Positions 19,306-30,644 of a stretch of DNA of 64,000 nucleotides are shown here, one piece after another; position 1 is the stretch's first letter; each line of letters begins with the position of its first letter. The DNA is from an uncultured Gemmatimonadaceae bacterium (GTDB lineage: Bacteria; Gemmatimonadota; Gemmatimonadetes; Gemmatimonadales; Gemmatimonadaceae), in NCBI GenBank assembly GCA_963716745.1, contig OY970320.1:768001-832000 (forward strand), written 5' to 3'. The position numbers and the translations under genes are program-made. The notes under the pieces were generated by a model. That model saw only the letters and a list, made by a program, of their open reading frames with translations, was not told the DNA's origin and did no database searches.

Positions 19306-20442
19306 TTATTGTACCACGCGGTATCTCACCGCCATCCCTTCCTCATTGTGGAACGAGATGTGGCAATGGAACAGCCAGATTCCCACGTCGTCCGGCGTCA
19401 TGTTGGCGACCGTCATTTGCATGGGACCGAGGAAGGTGACGTCCGTGCGCATGCCCGCGATGAGCACCGTATTGCCGTGCCAATGCGGCGAATGGAAATC
19501 GAAATCGCTCGTACTCGCCATGAGGTACCACCGCACGCGCTCGCCTCTCTTGATCGTGAGCGCCTCGAGCGGCATGCTGCCGCGGATGAAGCCGTTGATC
19601 GTGAACTTCACGTACCATGGGTAGATCGTTTCCGGGTGCGATGGATTGGGCGCGGGCCCGCCGAGGCTGCGAATCGTGTCCTTCGGAAAGAAGTTCTCGT
19701 CAGCCAGCCAGCTCGCTTCTTCGTCGCTCTGCTCGAAATCGGTGACGATCTCGCGGTCCACGTCGGCCGGCGAGCCATCCGCGCGTGCTTTGCCGGGTGC
19801 GGTGATGATCATCGCGCCCATGAGTCCCGTGTTGATGTCGCGCACTTCATCCACGTGCGAGTGGTACATCCACATCACTGAACTGCCATCCATCGGCCCC
19901 GGCCCCGCGCGCTCGGGCACGAGCCACACGTAGGTGTACGTCGCGCCCGGCGCCACCGCGTCGTCGCGCTTGTCGGCCGCGCTCGTACTGTCGTTGTACG
20001 GCACGCCCTCGGAGTTCTTCGGGTAGAACACGCCGTGCGGATGCACGCTGTACGGCCGGTTCGCGTTGTTCCGGAAGACGACGCGGATCGTGTCGCCGAC
20101 CACCGCATGGATGAGCGGTCCGAGGAAGCCGAGGTGCTCCCACTGCGGCTTGCGCGGCCTGAGCGTTCGGAACGTGCTGTCGGTGTACTCGCGATAGAGC
20201 ACTTTCTTGTACGCCGTACTCACCGCGCGCGGCGGGCCCTTTCCGAAGAAAGCGGAATCGACGTACGGCACACCCGCGATCTCATCTCGGCCGCCGGGCA
20301 CGTAGTCCCACGTCACGTTATCGGCGGCGATGTAGAACGTGCGAGTCTGCGGGCGCGCGACGGCGTGCTGCGCCGCGCCGCTGGCGGCCGGAAGTCCGAA
20401 CAGCACTAATGCGGTGATCACCAAGAAGCTGGAACGGCGCAT
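19306..20442 (-). CDS. Secreted two-domain multicopper oxidase, ceruloplasmin/ferroxidase-like
   Basis: HPHG, WMYHSH, HSPHWHG, WLFHCHISFHNEEGM copper ligands; signal peptide MRRSSF. Confidence 0.9.
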   Translation of the reverse strand: MRRSSFLVITALVLFGLPAASGAAQHAVARPQTRTFYIAADNVTWDYVPGGRDEIAGVPYVDSAFFGKGPPRAVSTAYKKVLYREYTDSTFRTLRPRKPQWEHLGFLGPLIHAVVGDTIRVVFRNNANRPYSVHPHGVFYPKNSEGVPYNDSTSAADKRDDAVAPGATYTYVWLVPERAGPGPMDGSSVMWMYHSHVDEVRDINTGLMGAMIITAPGKARADGSPADVDREIVTDFEQSDEEASWLADENFFPKDTIRSLGGPAPNPSHPETIYPWYVKFTINGFIRGSMPLEALTIKRGERVRWYLMASTSDFDFHSPHWHGNTVLIAGMRTDVTFLGPMQMTVANMTPDDVGIWLFHCHISFHNEEGMAVRYRVVQ

Positions 20443-20496
20443 ATCGCGTCTCCAAAACAGAATTGAATGCCAATGTCCCACGAGGCCCCGCGGCAT

Positions 20497-21112
20497 TCAA
20501 CTTGAGCCGAGCCAGCCCTTGCGGCGTTGAATGTCCCAGCGCTTTCTCGAGCGCATCGATCGCCTGCAAAAGCTTGTTATGCTCGGCTTCCGCTTGCACG
20601 AGTGACTGTTGCTCATGCGTGATCTGGAGCTCGAGTGCGCTCTTCTGCTTGGCCGCTTCGCTCTTGGGGTCGGTTGACGGCGGAATCCCTTGCAGCTGGT
20701 TCGTGAGCGTCTTGATCTGCCCCTCGAGTGCCTGGATCACCGCGGCGTTCTCGCTGAGGCATGCGACCAGAACGCTCAGCTGGAGCGCGGCAGCGTCCGC
20801 TGGTTCCAGCTGCTGCCCGGTGAAGCGGCTCAGCACCGCGTTCTGCGCCGCGACCTCCTTCGCTTGTGCCGACTTCCCGCTCTTGGAAATGCTGGCCGAG
20901 GTCCGCGAGAGCCACGCGCTCACCGCGGGCGTAACCGACCGCAATACCTGGGAGCGCACCGCTTCCGCGTTCGTTGACGCCGTCCGCACCGTGGCTGACG
21001 CGACCGGGGGCGCCGCGGCGGTCGCGGCCCTGCTCTGCGCCTGGATCGAAGTCCCATGCACCACGACGAGGATCGCAATGAGCGTGCCGTCGAGCAATGG
21101 AGCGCATGACAT
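20497..21112 (-). CDS. Hypothetical secreted coiled-coil protein (both ends uncertain)
   Basis: Hydrophobic N-terminus, then Ala/Gln-rich coiled coil; read-through into the oxidase gene probably reflects an indel near 20497. Confidence 0.5.
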
Positions 21113-21181
21113 TGGAGCACCGCCTGCGAGAAAGTATGCGCTGAGCATTGGCCCCGATCTCACCTGCCGCAAGCTCCGCGG

Positions 21182-21735
21182 TCAGATCCTTGTCAGTCCT
21201 TCGAAGAACTCCGGCAACTCGATGATCAACGATCGATGCCCGCCGCCGGCGCCCACTCCAGCCGGCCATCGATCTCCTCGGGCCTCGTGTCATCCGGCCG
21301 CCACCGCGAGACCAGGCGCGCGTCAATGTCCACGATCCAGTACTCCGGCACGCGCTCACGCTGGAACAGGCGCCGCTTCACCGTGCGATCGGCGCGCTGG
21401 CTGCTCGGGCTCAGGATCTCCACGGCGAGCAGAAGCTTCACCTCGTTCCAGTCGCGTGGCCTCCGCCCTCGAACGGAAGCGACACGAAGACATCCGGCTG
21501 CACGAGCGTACGCGGTCCGAAGACGATATCGGCCGGCGAGAAGAGGGCGAAGCCTATCTGATGGGCGTGCACGTACTCGCTCAGGAGCGCGCCAGAGTTC
21601 TCCTACCGCGCTTGATGCAGGAAGCCGCGGCGCCGGATTCACGAACAGTTCGCCGTCGATGATCTCGTAGCGATTCCCGTCCTCCGGAAGCGCGTGGACC
21701 ATCTCCACGGTCCAATCCGTAGCTGCGTGCGGCAT
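21182..21735 (-). CDS. Uma2 family (DUF820) endonuclease (frameshifted)
   Basis: WTVEMVHALPEDGNRYEIIDGELFVNPAP, LAVEILSPSS..D..VKRRLF..VPEYWIVD; TTGCCC-N18-CATAGT ends 6 nt before ATG 21735. Confidence 0.88.
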
Positions 21736-21829
21736 GGCCATACTATGGTGACCTCGGCGCCGAGTGGGCAAGAGTGCATCGCACACTCTGGCGCCGGCTC
21801 GCGTCCGGTGCGTCATCGATCCGACGCTT

Positions 21830-22011
21830 GGAGTGGGGAATTCCTGCTGGACCAACGGAGGGCGACGTTGGACGTTGGCATTCGTGGATTCGTGTTGCGT
21901 GGTCGACTGGGTACTGGACCGCCGTGTCCCAATGGCCACGCAATCCACGGAATACACGCGCGCTAACGTCCAACGTCGCCCTCCGTTGGTCCAGCAGGAA
22001 TTCCCTACTCC
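21830..22011. repeat. REPIN-like long inverted repeat (GT[A/G]GGG...CCCTAC ends)
   Basis: GGGAATTCCTGCTGGACCAACGGAGGGCGACGTTGGACGTT ... AACGTCCAACGTCGCCCTCCGTTGGTCCAGCAGGAATTCCC. Confidence 0.88.
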
Positions 22012-22971
22012 GTGACCAGCGTCCGCACATGCGACAGCACCAGCCCCGGGTACGTCTCCAGATTGTACCCACCCGCCGGGAATGAAACGATCCGCCCGCC
22101 GCAGTGCTCGTTCGCGTAGTCCATCACGAGGCGCGTGAGCTCGGGGTAGATCTCCTCAGTGAGCCGCAGTCCGCCCACCGGATCATCGCGATGGCCGTCG
22201 AAGCCGGCGGTGATGAGCACGAGGTCGGGCTCGAAGCTTATGGACTGGAGCCCGCGGCGGAATTCGCGCAGGAACACATGGTCCACCGTGCCGGCCGGCA
22301 CGTTCACGTTGAGCGTTCGTCCCTGCCCCGCGCCGGTGCCGCGTTCGGTCTCGTGGCCGCTGTACGGATAGAACGCGCCGAACTGATGGATCGAGTAGTA
22401 GTACACCGACGGGTCGCTGCTGAAGATCGCCTGCGTCCCCTGGCCGTGATGCACGTCCCAATCGATGATGAGCACGCGCGCGAGACCGTGGCGCTCTTGC
22501 GCGTAGCGCGCGCCGATCGCGGTGTGATTGAACAGACAGAATCCGCCGCCGCGCGTGGCGTACGCATGGTGATCGCCGGGGCGCGCGATGAGGAAGGCGT
22601 TGCGCGCGCTGCCTGAGACCACCGCGTCGATCCCCTCGCACACGGCGCCCACCGCGAGCGCGGCCAAGTGATAACTGTTGGAGCGAATGGCGGTATCTGC
22701 GTTCACGATGCTGAAGTCATCACCACGCGCGCGCGTACCCTCGGCGTAGTCGCGAATCGTATCGACATACTCCGCCGGGTGCACCAATTCGATGATGTCG
22801 CGGCTCGCCGGCTTCGGCGCAATGAGATGGTACGGCAATCCCGGAGCCTTCGATCGCGCGCCAAGTCTCGGCCATGCGCGGCCCGGCCCACGGATCCTCG
22901 ATCTCGTCGCGCGGCTCGCCCGGCTCGGCGAAATCAGGGTGCCAGAGAGCGACCGTGGCGGCATCACTCAT
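22005..22971 (-). CDS. Histone deacetylase-family (AcuC/APAH-like) amidohydrolase (frameshift near 22840)
   Basis: RPGDHHA..GGFCLFN, DWDVHHGQGT, AGFDGHRDDP, GGY; N-terminus MSDAATVALWHP overlaps the upstream stop (ATGA). Confidence 0.9.
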
Positions 22972-23188
22972 CGAGCGCCGCCTTGATCCGCAGGAGAACC
23001 TGCTCGATCATCTCGCTCGTGTCATAAGATTTGTAGTGGTAGTCCCCTTGGTGACCGCGCAGCGCAATGCCCGCGCGCTCGAGCGCCTCGTGCGCTTCGA
23101 TCAGTGCGACGCGGAGAAGCTCCGCTTCAGCCTCGTCGCTCCGCTTCTTCGCATTCTTGGCGCCCAATGACCCGCTGGCCCGCTTCAT
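22964..23188 (-). CDS. Small hypothetical protein
   Basis: 74 aa; ATGA overlap with the upstream gene and short overlap with the deacetylase start. Confidence 0.6.
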   Translation of the reverse strand: MKRASGSLGAKNAKKRSDEAEAELLRVALIEAHEALERAGIALRGHQGDYHYKSYDTSEMIEQVLLRIKAALDE

Positions 23189-23394
23189 TCGGATCTCACC
23201 GGCAGTCCGCGCACGCGCACCTCCGCGCGTCGCGGCGCGAAGAGGTCTATGGTCAGGATGTTCCCGAGCGCGAGCCACTCCGCCTTATCATAGTTGGCTG
23301 CGTCGCACGCCTTGGTCCAAAGCCGGTGGAACAGATCGTGCGCATTTTCAGCGCGAACGCGCGGATCGTCGGAGATCCGGGAAATCGGTGTCAT
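23185..23394 (-). CDS. Small hypothetical protein
   Basis: 69 aa (AHDLFHRLWTKACDAANYDKAEWLALG); AGGA RBS; first gene after a TGTCAG-N10-TACTAT promoter. Confidence 0.6.
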   Translation of the reverse strand: MTPISRISDDPRVRAENAHDLFHRLWTKACDAANYDKAEWLALGNILTIDLFAPRRAEVRVRGLPVRSE

Positions 23395-23422
23395 CTCGGG
23401 TTTCCTGGTGAGGTTGATGACA

Positions 23423-23444
23423 ATAGTACTCGCCCCATCTGACA
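23423..23444 (-). promoter_or_regulatory. PafBC/RecA-NDp-type promoter
   Basis: TGTCAG-ATGGGGCGAG-TACTAT on the minus strand. Confidence 0.7.
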
Positions 23445-23579
23445 GCGCCCCGATGCGCCGATGGCCGATGCCCAATGGCCAGCTCTCCTCCTAGCGAAAC
23501 AGCTCGAAACGCGCTCCAACGTTTGACCGCGCATTTCCGTATTCTGGCGGCTTCGATCCTCCCCCGAACCGGGTTCCCA

Positions 23580-26129
23580 ATGCTCAGACGTTCCGCCGCA
23601 CTCATTACTGTCGTGCTCGCCACCCTCGCGACCGCCGCCACCGCGCAGAACCCGAAGCCCTCGCCCAACGCCCCGCCCGCCAACGGCGCTCCCGGCAAAG
23701 GCCCCGAGACGCCCGCGGCTCCCAAGCCCTACGCCGAGGTGATCACGTCGCACGCCGATCACCGACTCCGGCGTGTTCATCACCCACCAGCTCGGCGACA
23801 AGCTCTTCTACGAGATCCCGCACGCAATGTTCGGCAAGGAATTCCTGATGGTCGCCGCCCAGCGCGGCGCGGCGCACGGCGTGCGCTTCGCCGGCGAGGA
23901 AGTCTCGGACCAGGTCGTGAAGTGGGAGCGCCTCGGCAACAGGGTGTTCCTGCGCATCGTGCTGTTCGACATCCGCGCCGACAGCACCAATCCGGTCGCG
24001 CGCGCGGTGGACCTGTCGAACATCCCGCCCATCGTCGCGAGTTTCGACATCGCGGCCTTCAGCCCGAAGGACAGCAACGTCGTGGTGGACGTGACCAAGC
24101 TCTTCACCACCGACGTCTCCGAATTCAACATCAAGCAGCAGCGCGTCAAGGTGAAACGCCTCGACCCGTCACGCTCGGCCGTCGCGCGCGTGCGCAGCTT
24201 CCCGCGCAATGTGGAAGTGAGCGCGCTGCAAACGTTCGAGGTGGACTCCGTGCCGGGCCAGGGCGAGGCGATCAACTCGCTCACCGTGCTCATGAACTAC
24301 TCCATGGTGCTGCTGCCCGACGCGCCCATGATGCCGCGGCTCTGCGACAAGCGCGTCGGCTATTTCAATCTGAATTTCGAGGACTACGATCAGCTGCTCG
24401 TCCCGCGCGACCAGCGCTGCTACATCGCGCGCTTCCGTCTCGAGCCGAAGGATCCGACGGCGGCCGTGAGCGATCCGGTGAAGCCCATCATTTTCTATGT
24501 GGATCCGGCGACGCCGGCCAAGTGGGTGCCGTGGATCATCAAGGGCATCGAGCAGTGGCAGCCGATGTTCAGAGCGGCGGGCTTCAGCAACGCGATCATC
24601 GGCAAGCCCGCGCCCGCGAACGACAAGGATTTCGATCTCGACGACGTGCGCTACAACAACATCCGCTGGCTGCCGTCCACCATTGAGAACGCCTACGGCC
24701 CGCACATCAGCGACCCGCGCAGCGGCGAGATCCTGAACGCCGACATCATGGTCTATCACAACATCATGGACCTGGTGCAGACGTGGTATTTCACGCAGGC
24801 GGGCGCCACCGATCCGCGCGACAAGCGTGCTGCCGCTGCCCGATTCGCTCCTGGGGCAAATGCTCATGTACGTGGCCGCGCACGAAGTGGGCCACAGCCT
24901 GGGGCTCAGGCACAACATGATCGCGAGCACCTTCTATCCGGTGGACTCGCTGCGCAGCAAGGCGTTCACCTGCCGCATGGGCGGCACGAGTCCGAGCATC
25001 ATGGACTACGCGCGCTACAATTACATCGCGCAGCCGGGCGACAACGCGTGCCTCATGCAGGGCATGGGTCCGTACGACACCTTCGTGATCGACTGGGGCT
25101 ACCGCCGCATTCCGGGCGCGGCCACGCCGGACGCCGAGCGTCAGGTGCTCGATTCGCTGGCGCGCCAGCAGGATGCGAATCCGTATCTGCGCTACATTGG
25201 CGACGGCGATCCCACCGATCCGCGCAGCGTGACCGAGGAGCTGGGCGACGATCCGGTGATGGCGAGCACGTATGGATTCGCGAACATCAAGCGCATCGTG
25301 CCGATGCTCATTCCGGCGACCACCGCGAATCCGCTCGAGGACTATCAGCAGCTCGACGACATGTACGGCGGCTTGCTCGCGCAGTGGAGCCGCGAGGCGG
25401 GCCATGTGGCGGCCGTGGTGGGCGGCGTGTACTCACACCGAGCGGTATCCCAGCCAGTCGCAATCCATTTATGCGCCGGCGCCGCGCGCGAAGCAGGCGA
25501 AGGCCGTTCAGTGGCTCAACGCGAACGTATTCACGACGCCTACGTATTTCCTGGACACCGCGATCCTGCGGCGCATCGAGCCCACCGGCAGCGTCGAGCG
25601 GCTGCGGACGCGGCAGAGTCAGATCCTGAACACCGTGCTCAACGACGAGCGGCTCGGCCGGCTCGCCGAGGAGCAGGCATTCGCGACCAAGGCCGCGCCG
25701 GCGTACAGCATCGCGGAGTTGCTGAGCGATCTCTCGCAGGGATTGTTCGCCGAGGCGCGTGAAGCGAAGCCGGTGACCGACGTGTACCGGCGGAATCTGC
25801 AGCGGGCGTTCGTGGAGCAGATGAACCGGCTGATCAACACGCCGCTCGAGCCGCCGGTGCGGCCGGGCGTGCCGGCGCGGTTCGCGCCGAAGCCGAGGCC
25901 GGCGGACGCGCGGGCGTTGGCGCGGGCGCAGTTGGTGGTGCTGGACGCGCAGCTGCGGGGGGCGGAGAGCACGGGCGACCGACAAGGAGACCAAGGCGCA
26001 TTTCGCGGATCTGCGCGCGCGGATCAAGGTGATCCTGAAGCCGCCGGCGCAGATGCCGGAGGCGGCACCGGCGCGGACCGCGCTGACTGCGGTGAAGAAG
26101 GGAAAGGGGAAACGGGAGCGTGTAGTTAG
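23580..26129 (+). CDS. Secreted zinc metalloprotease (DUF5117/DUF5118 + met-zincin, EcxA-like); several frameshifts, 3' end uncertain
   Basis: [48 protein letters not shown] Met-turn, spread over successive frames. Confidence 0.88.
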
Positions 26130-26895
26130 TACTCGCTCCCGTTTTCCCGTTTCGCCCTTGCGTAGACAACGGCGGCCGCCGCGAGGTCCTCGATCGCCGT
26201 GCCCGTGCTATCGAAGATGAAGATCTCTTCGTCGTTGGTCCTCCCCGGCTTCGGCCCCGACTAACCACCTCCGCGAGCTCGGCGTAAACATCTTCCCTCC
26301 TCATGACGCCAGCCGCGATCGCATGGTGCAGATCCCCATCACCACACACTGCTCCAGGATATCCGCCACCACCTTGCCCTTGGCCATGAGCTCCGGCGCG
26401 ATCTCCTGCTTATCCGGATTATCCGCCCCTACCGCCGCCACGAACGCCCCTGGCGAAACATCCCCGGGCCCGAGTATCGCGCGCCGCGACGTAGTGCACG
26501 TGACGATGATGTCACTCCGCCGCGCCGCCGCGCCCAACTCCGTGCCGGCCGTCACCGGGATCCCCAACTCGGCTTGCATGTCCGTCGCGAACTGCTTGGC
26601 GAGCTCGCCGTCCAGGTCCACCGCGAACGCGGACCGCAGCGTGCGCACGAGCGCGAGCGCGCGCAGCTGACTGCGTCCCTGCTCGCCGCAGCCGCAGATG
26701 GTGACCGCCGGCGTCCGCGCGCGCGAGGAATTGGCCGCGACCGCCGTGGCCGCCGCCGTGCGCCGGCTCGTGATGACCGCCGAGTCCATCAGCGCGAGCA
26801 GCACCCCGCGATCGGCGTCGAAGAGCGCGATGACGCCTTGGATCGTCGGGAGCCCGTGCCGCGCGGGATTGCCCGGGAAGTTCGCGTTGATCCGC
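26126..26895 (-). pseudogene. Ornithine cyclodeaminase/mu-crystallin family gene lacking its 5' part
   Basis: [55 protein letters not shown]; family-like sequence stops abruptly at about 26895, where island DNA begins. Confidence 0.8.
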
Positions 26896-27231
26896 GCGGG
26901 ACAGAATCAGGGTCGGAAACAGGTGCACTTGGCACTACGCTCATGAGATCGGAATATGCACTACTACGCGGTAGTTGGGGCGCCATGGGCCGCGCGCTCG
27001 TAGGCTCGCCGCGCGGGCGAAAACGCTAGCAGCGCTGAAGTTGCCCAACCAAATCGCGGCGGCGTGCATTACTTCTCTACTGGGGAGCGGGCAGCCGGTG
27101 GCGTTGTGGAGAGGAATGGGATCTCTCTGACACGTGTGCATTCAGATTGGCGCGCCAGCGTCCGCTCCGTAACATTTTCTTAGCTCGCAGGCTTCTTCCT
27201 TCGTGAAAGCTCCGTCTTCAACCCCGCGCTA

Positions 27232-27652
27232 ATGGCTAGGCACGACCCGCTCGACGATTACGCCCGTTCGGTGCTAATGGCGAAGGTCAAGAGCGCCGGC
27301 AACGTTTCCACTGAGGTGACAGTGGCAAGGTCGCTCCGTCGCGCTAGGATCAGCGGGTGGCGGCGCCACGTCAATCGACTACCTGGTCGTCCGGATTTCT
27401 ATTTTCCCGATGAAGCGCTCGCCATGTTCGTGCACTTGGGTGTTTTTGGCATGGCTGCCCGCGATGCTATCGGCCACCCAAGAGCAACACGCGCTTTTGG
27501 CGGAAAAAGGTCGAAGGGAACCGCGAGCGTGATGCCCGCGTGCTGCGCCAGTTGCGCTCGCAAAGGGCGTACATGCATTCACGATTTGGGAGCATGAGCT
27601 TGCTGACGCCCGCTGGATTGCGAGACTCAAACTTCTGCTTGGAAGAGACTAG
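27232..27652 (+). CDS. vsr: Very-short-patch repair endonuclease Vsr (two frameshifts)
   Basis: RSVLMAKVKS..STE, LPGRPDF, FVH/GCFWHGC, N.ERD, IWEHEL motifs across frames. Confidence 0.88.
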
Positions 27653-27721
27653 GGCCCTGCCCTATTGTAGTCCACACCGCGCGAGTATTGTGAACATGAC
27701 TCCGAAACGTGAGTTTTCGGC

Positions 27722-28455
27722 ATGACGAAGGTCAATCCGTACAATCCTCTCGAGCTGGAGGCGCTCGGACTGTCGTTGCTTATGCAACTAGAGCGCGAGA
27801 CCGTACACTCTCTCGACTCCATTCGTCCCTTCCCCGGATCCAGCATCTATGCACTGTACTATTGCGGTGTGTCCGCGCCCTACAGTGAGCTCGGCGCGTA
27901 CAACAGTGCTCACAATTGCCGAATCCCTCTCTACGTAGGCAGGGCAAAGGAAACGGGCGCGCGCCAAGGCAACGACCCCTTTAAGCCGGTGGCGGGCGCA
28001 CCACTCTGGGAACGAATCCGGCAACATGGGGAAGCATCAAAAACTGCAGGCAACCTGAATTCATTGGACTTTACAGTACGCGCACTTGTTGTCATGCCGA
28101 TCTGACACCACTCGCCGAGGCCATGGCGATCTGTCAGTATCGGCCTATCTGGAACGTCGCACTTCCCGGGTTTGGGATACATGCGCCGGGTGGAGGCCGT
28201 GGCGGCCAAAAGCGATCTCATTGGGACGAGCTACACCCCGGCCGGGCATTTGCGATCAGATTGCGTCCGAATGAGCAAGCAAACCAGAAAGCTCTCCTTG
28301 CTCGTATGTCGGACTTAGGCCAGCGAGCGATCGCGGCCGACGCTGCGACGCGGCGGAACGAAGACAACTCCGAACGGATTGCGCCACGGCCGCGGAAAGC
28401 GCTACTGGGACAGCGTTCCCAATCTGGCGCATCGCCTCGCCCCAAGCGCCGGTAA
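27722..28455 (+). CDS. Eco29kI-family GIY-YIG type II restriction endonuclease (frameshift at about 28103)
   Basis: YNPL, SIYALYY, PLYVGRA, RIRQH, LAE..I..YRPIWN...GFGIHAPGGGRGGQKRSHWDELHPGR. Confidence 0.88.
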
Positions 28456-29510
28456 AAACATACTCGTCCGGAAACGTCTGGATTCGAGCCGCCTCCCGCA
28501 CCGTAAAATATCGGACAGTCCCGTTCGGGCGTCGAAGCATGTTTTCTCCTCCCGGGACGCCGTGCACGCCCGCCTTAATCGTCTTGGCCGGAGCGTCCAG
28601 AGCTGAGCCGGTATGTCCTGGATATGCGCGCGCCCCGGGCTGAGCGGTGTGATTCTGAACCTGCGCGGATCTCGATCGAGCATTGGGAGCCGGAAGGCCC
28701 CAATCCATCCCGCACGGTGCACCATGCGACTGTGGTACCGGCCTCCCGCAGCAGCTTACCGGGGAGGGAGTGCGTGGACTGCCTAGACACTCGGACTCCG
28801 TGGCGGTGCCAGTACTCCCGCGTCACCTCCTGCGCCAGCCGAAGCGCGGCCGCGCTATGGCTCGGTGGCGGGGGCTGCCATGGAACTTCTACGTCACGGC
28901 GGATTGCGACGAAGAAGGCCCGCTCTCGACGTTGTGGCACGCCAAAATCCGCAGCGTTCAGTAGCACGCGCCGCACAATGACTGAAGCTCTCGTCCGGCC
29001 GATGCCCCCGAATGGATCCTTCGCAGCTCCAGCAGGTGTTTTCGCCACGACCCCGCATCCAGAGGTGAATCGCCCAATGCGAAAGGGTATGCCAGCTGGA
29101 GCTCAATGAACTCGACAAACTCGGCAAGACTGACCGAGTAGACCCTTGACGTTCTCAATGATGATTGCACGCGGACGAACCTCGCGAACCGCTCGGAACA
29201 CCTGTGGGAAGAGATTACGTTCGTCTCGGTGCGCGGCGTGCTTCCCGCCAATGGAGAAAGGTTGGCATGGCGCGCCGGCGGCCAAGAGGTCTGTGCCATA
29301 GAAGGGCGTGAAATCGAAGTCTTTCACGTCACCTTCGTGAATCTGGCACTTCGAGCCCCCGAAGAACGAGCGATTGGTACGAAGAGTCTGACACGCATCG
29401 CCGTCGTACTCTAAGAGCAATCGATGCTCGAAACCTGCGGCAGCCAGGCCGAGGGCCAAGCCTCCGGCTCCGGTGAACAGTTCAACCGACGTTAGGCGCG
29501 TTCTTGGCAT
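28256..29510 (-). CDS. dcm: DNA (cytosine-5)-methyltransferase (about three frameshifts)
   Basis: ELFTGAGG (motif I), GAPCQPFS (IV), ENVKGL (VI), QRRER (VIII), REAARIQTFP (IX), IGNAVP (X). Confidence 0.9.
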
Positions 29511-29573
29511 GCATCGAATATAGCAGTCGTGAAACCCGATTGAACAAGCGCATTCGCGCGGGTAGTACCGGAA

Positions 29574-30481
29574 TTATGCGGCGTTACCCTTGAATACCTC
29601 CCTTCGATGCCAGCCGAGAAAGGTTGGATACGGCCGATCCTGAATGTCGGCGGGCAAGGTGCCTTACGCGATGGGAGCAGGAGTCGGAGTACCGCCTCAT
29701 CAAGGCCCCTCGTCACCGTCAGAATACCGCCGTCGTCCGTGAGTGCCACGAGGCCGCGATCGAATGCCCAATGCAGACTCTTCATGAGCGCGAGTCCATT
29801 CCGAACACTATCGGGACCGCCCGCCTCCACGGGAATAATGTGGGCAGCATCGGTCTCCGCACGACCGTTGCCGTTTGTCATCCGTACTCCGTGAGCGCGC
29901 ATCGTCCCGCGTACACTTGCTCGACGACCCTGAGTCGGAAGGAAGCGTCGCGAACGGCTCGACTGGAGACCACTTCCCTGATCGGCCTCTGAACCAAAGC
30001 GTCCGCGAGGTCAACATCGCGAGGCCTTCTCGCACCGCCGGTCCTCGTGTTGTCAGCACCGCGAAGCCAGAGCGTATGATCGATTCGGCAGACTGAATGG
30101 GGAGAGTGCCTACTGCGCGCTGGAGCGCTTTACCGTCGAGTGATGTGCCAGACACATTCACGGGAATCGGAAACTCGCAGTAGCTCGACAGCGGAACGAA
30201 GCGGTGGGTCGGATCATCTGCATCATCAACTGGTCGCCGAGAAAGGCAAACCCGGTGAAGGCGCTGCGACCGCCGCTCATGGATGTCTCCGAAGTGCCTC
30301 CGCGCCTCGGTTCATAGGTCAACACTAAACACCCTCGGAGAGACTGCACCACGCTTTCATATAATCGCTTAGGATAGTGGTAGAGTCTGCCAGGCTGATC
30401 CTTGTAGGTCGCGTAGCGGCGGGTTACGAGAATACCCGCGAGACTTTCGAGCGGGTAGGATGTCGCGAACGGCGATTCCAT
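29574..30481 (-). CDS. HNH (COG3440-like) putative modification-dependent restriction endonuclease (multiple frameshifts)
   Basis: N-terminal YKDQPGRLYHYPKR..YEPRR; RDASFR..Y..RC; AAHIIP..GGPDSVRNGLAL..HWAFDRGL; FLGWHRREVF. Confidence 0.82.
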
Positions 30482-30644
30482 GTGAGTAGGGTCAACGGGG
30501 GAGAGCCAATCGGTGCGCGGCAAGACTAACCACTAGAGCATTTTAGTACGACAGAACGAAGAGAATCTGCCGCAAAGCTTCTTGTAGATCGCCCGCCAAA
30601 TCGATCGCGGATGCGCTGCATCTTGCGCGCTCAGGAACAAGTCG

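Noticed and set aside
27128..27148. TGACAC-N9-CAGATT upstream of vsr (and TGTCGC-N10-CACTCT at 8235-8256) as PafBC sites
   Set aside because: The first has a mismatch and the wrong spacer; the second lies in a repeat flank with no adjacent gene start. Both could be chance.
28256..28455. Meaningful 200-bp overlap of the REase and MTase 3' ends
   Set aside because: Both tails are low-information and the region is indel-rich; probably missed stops.
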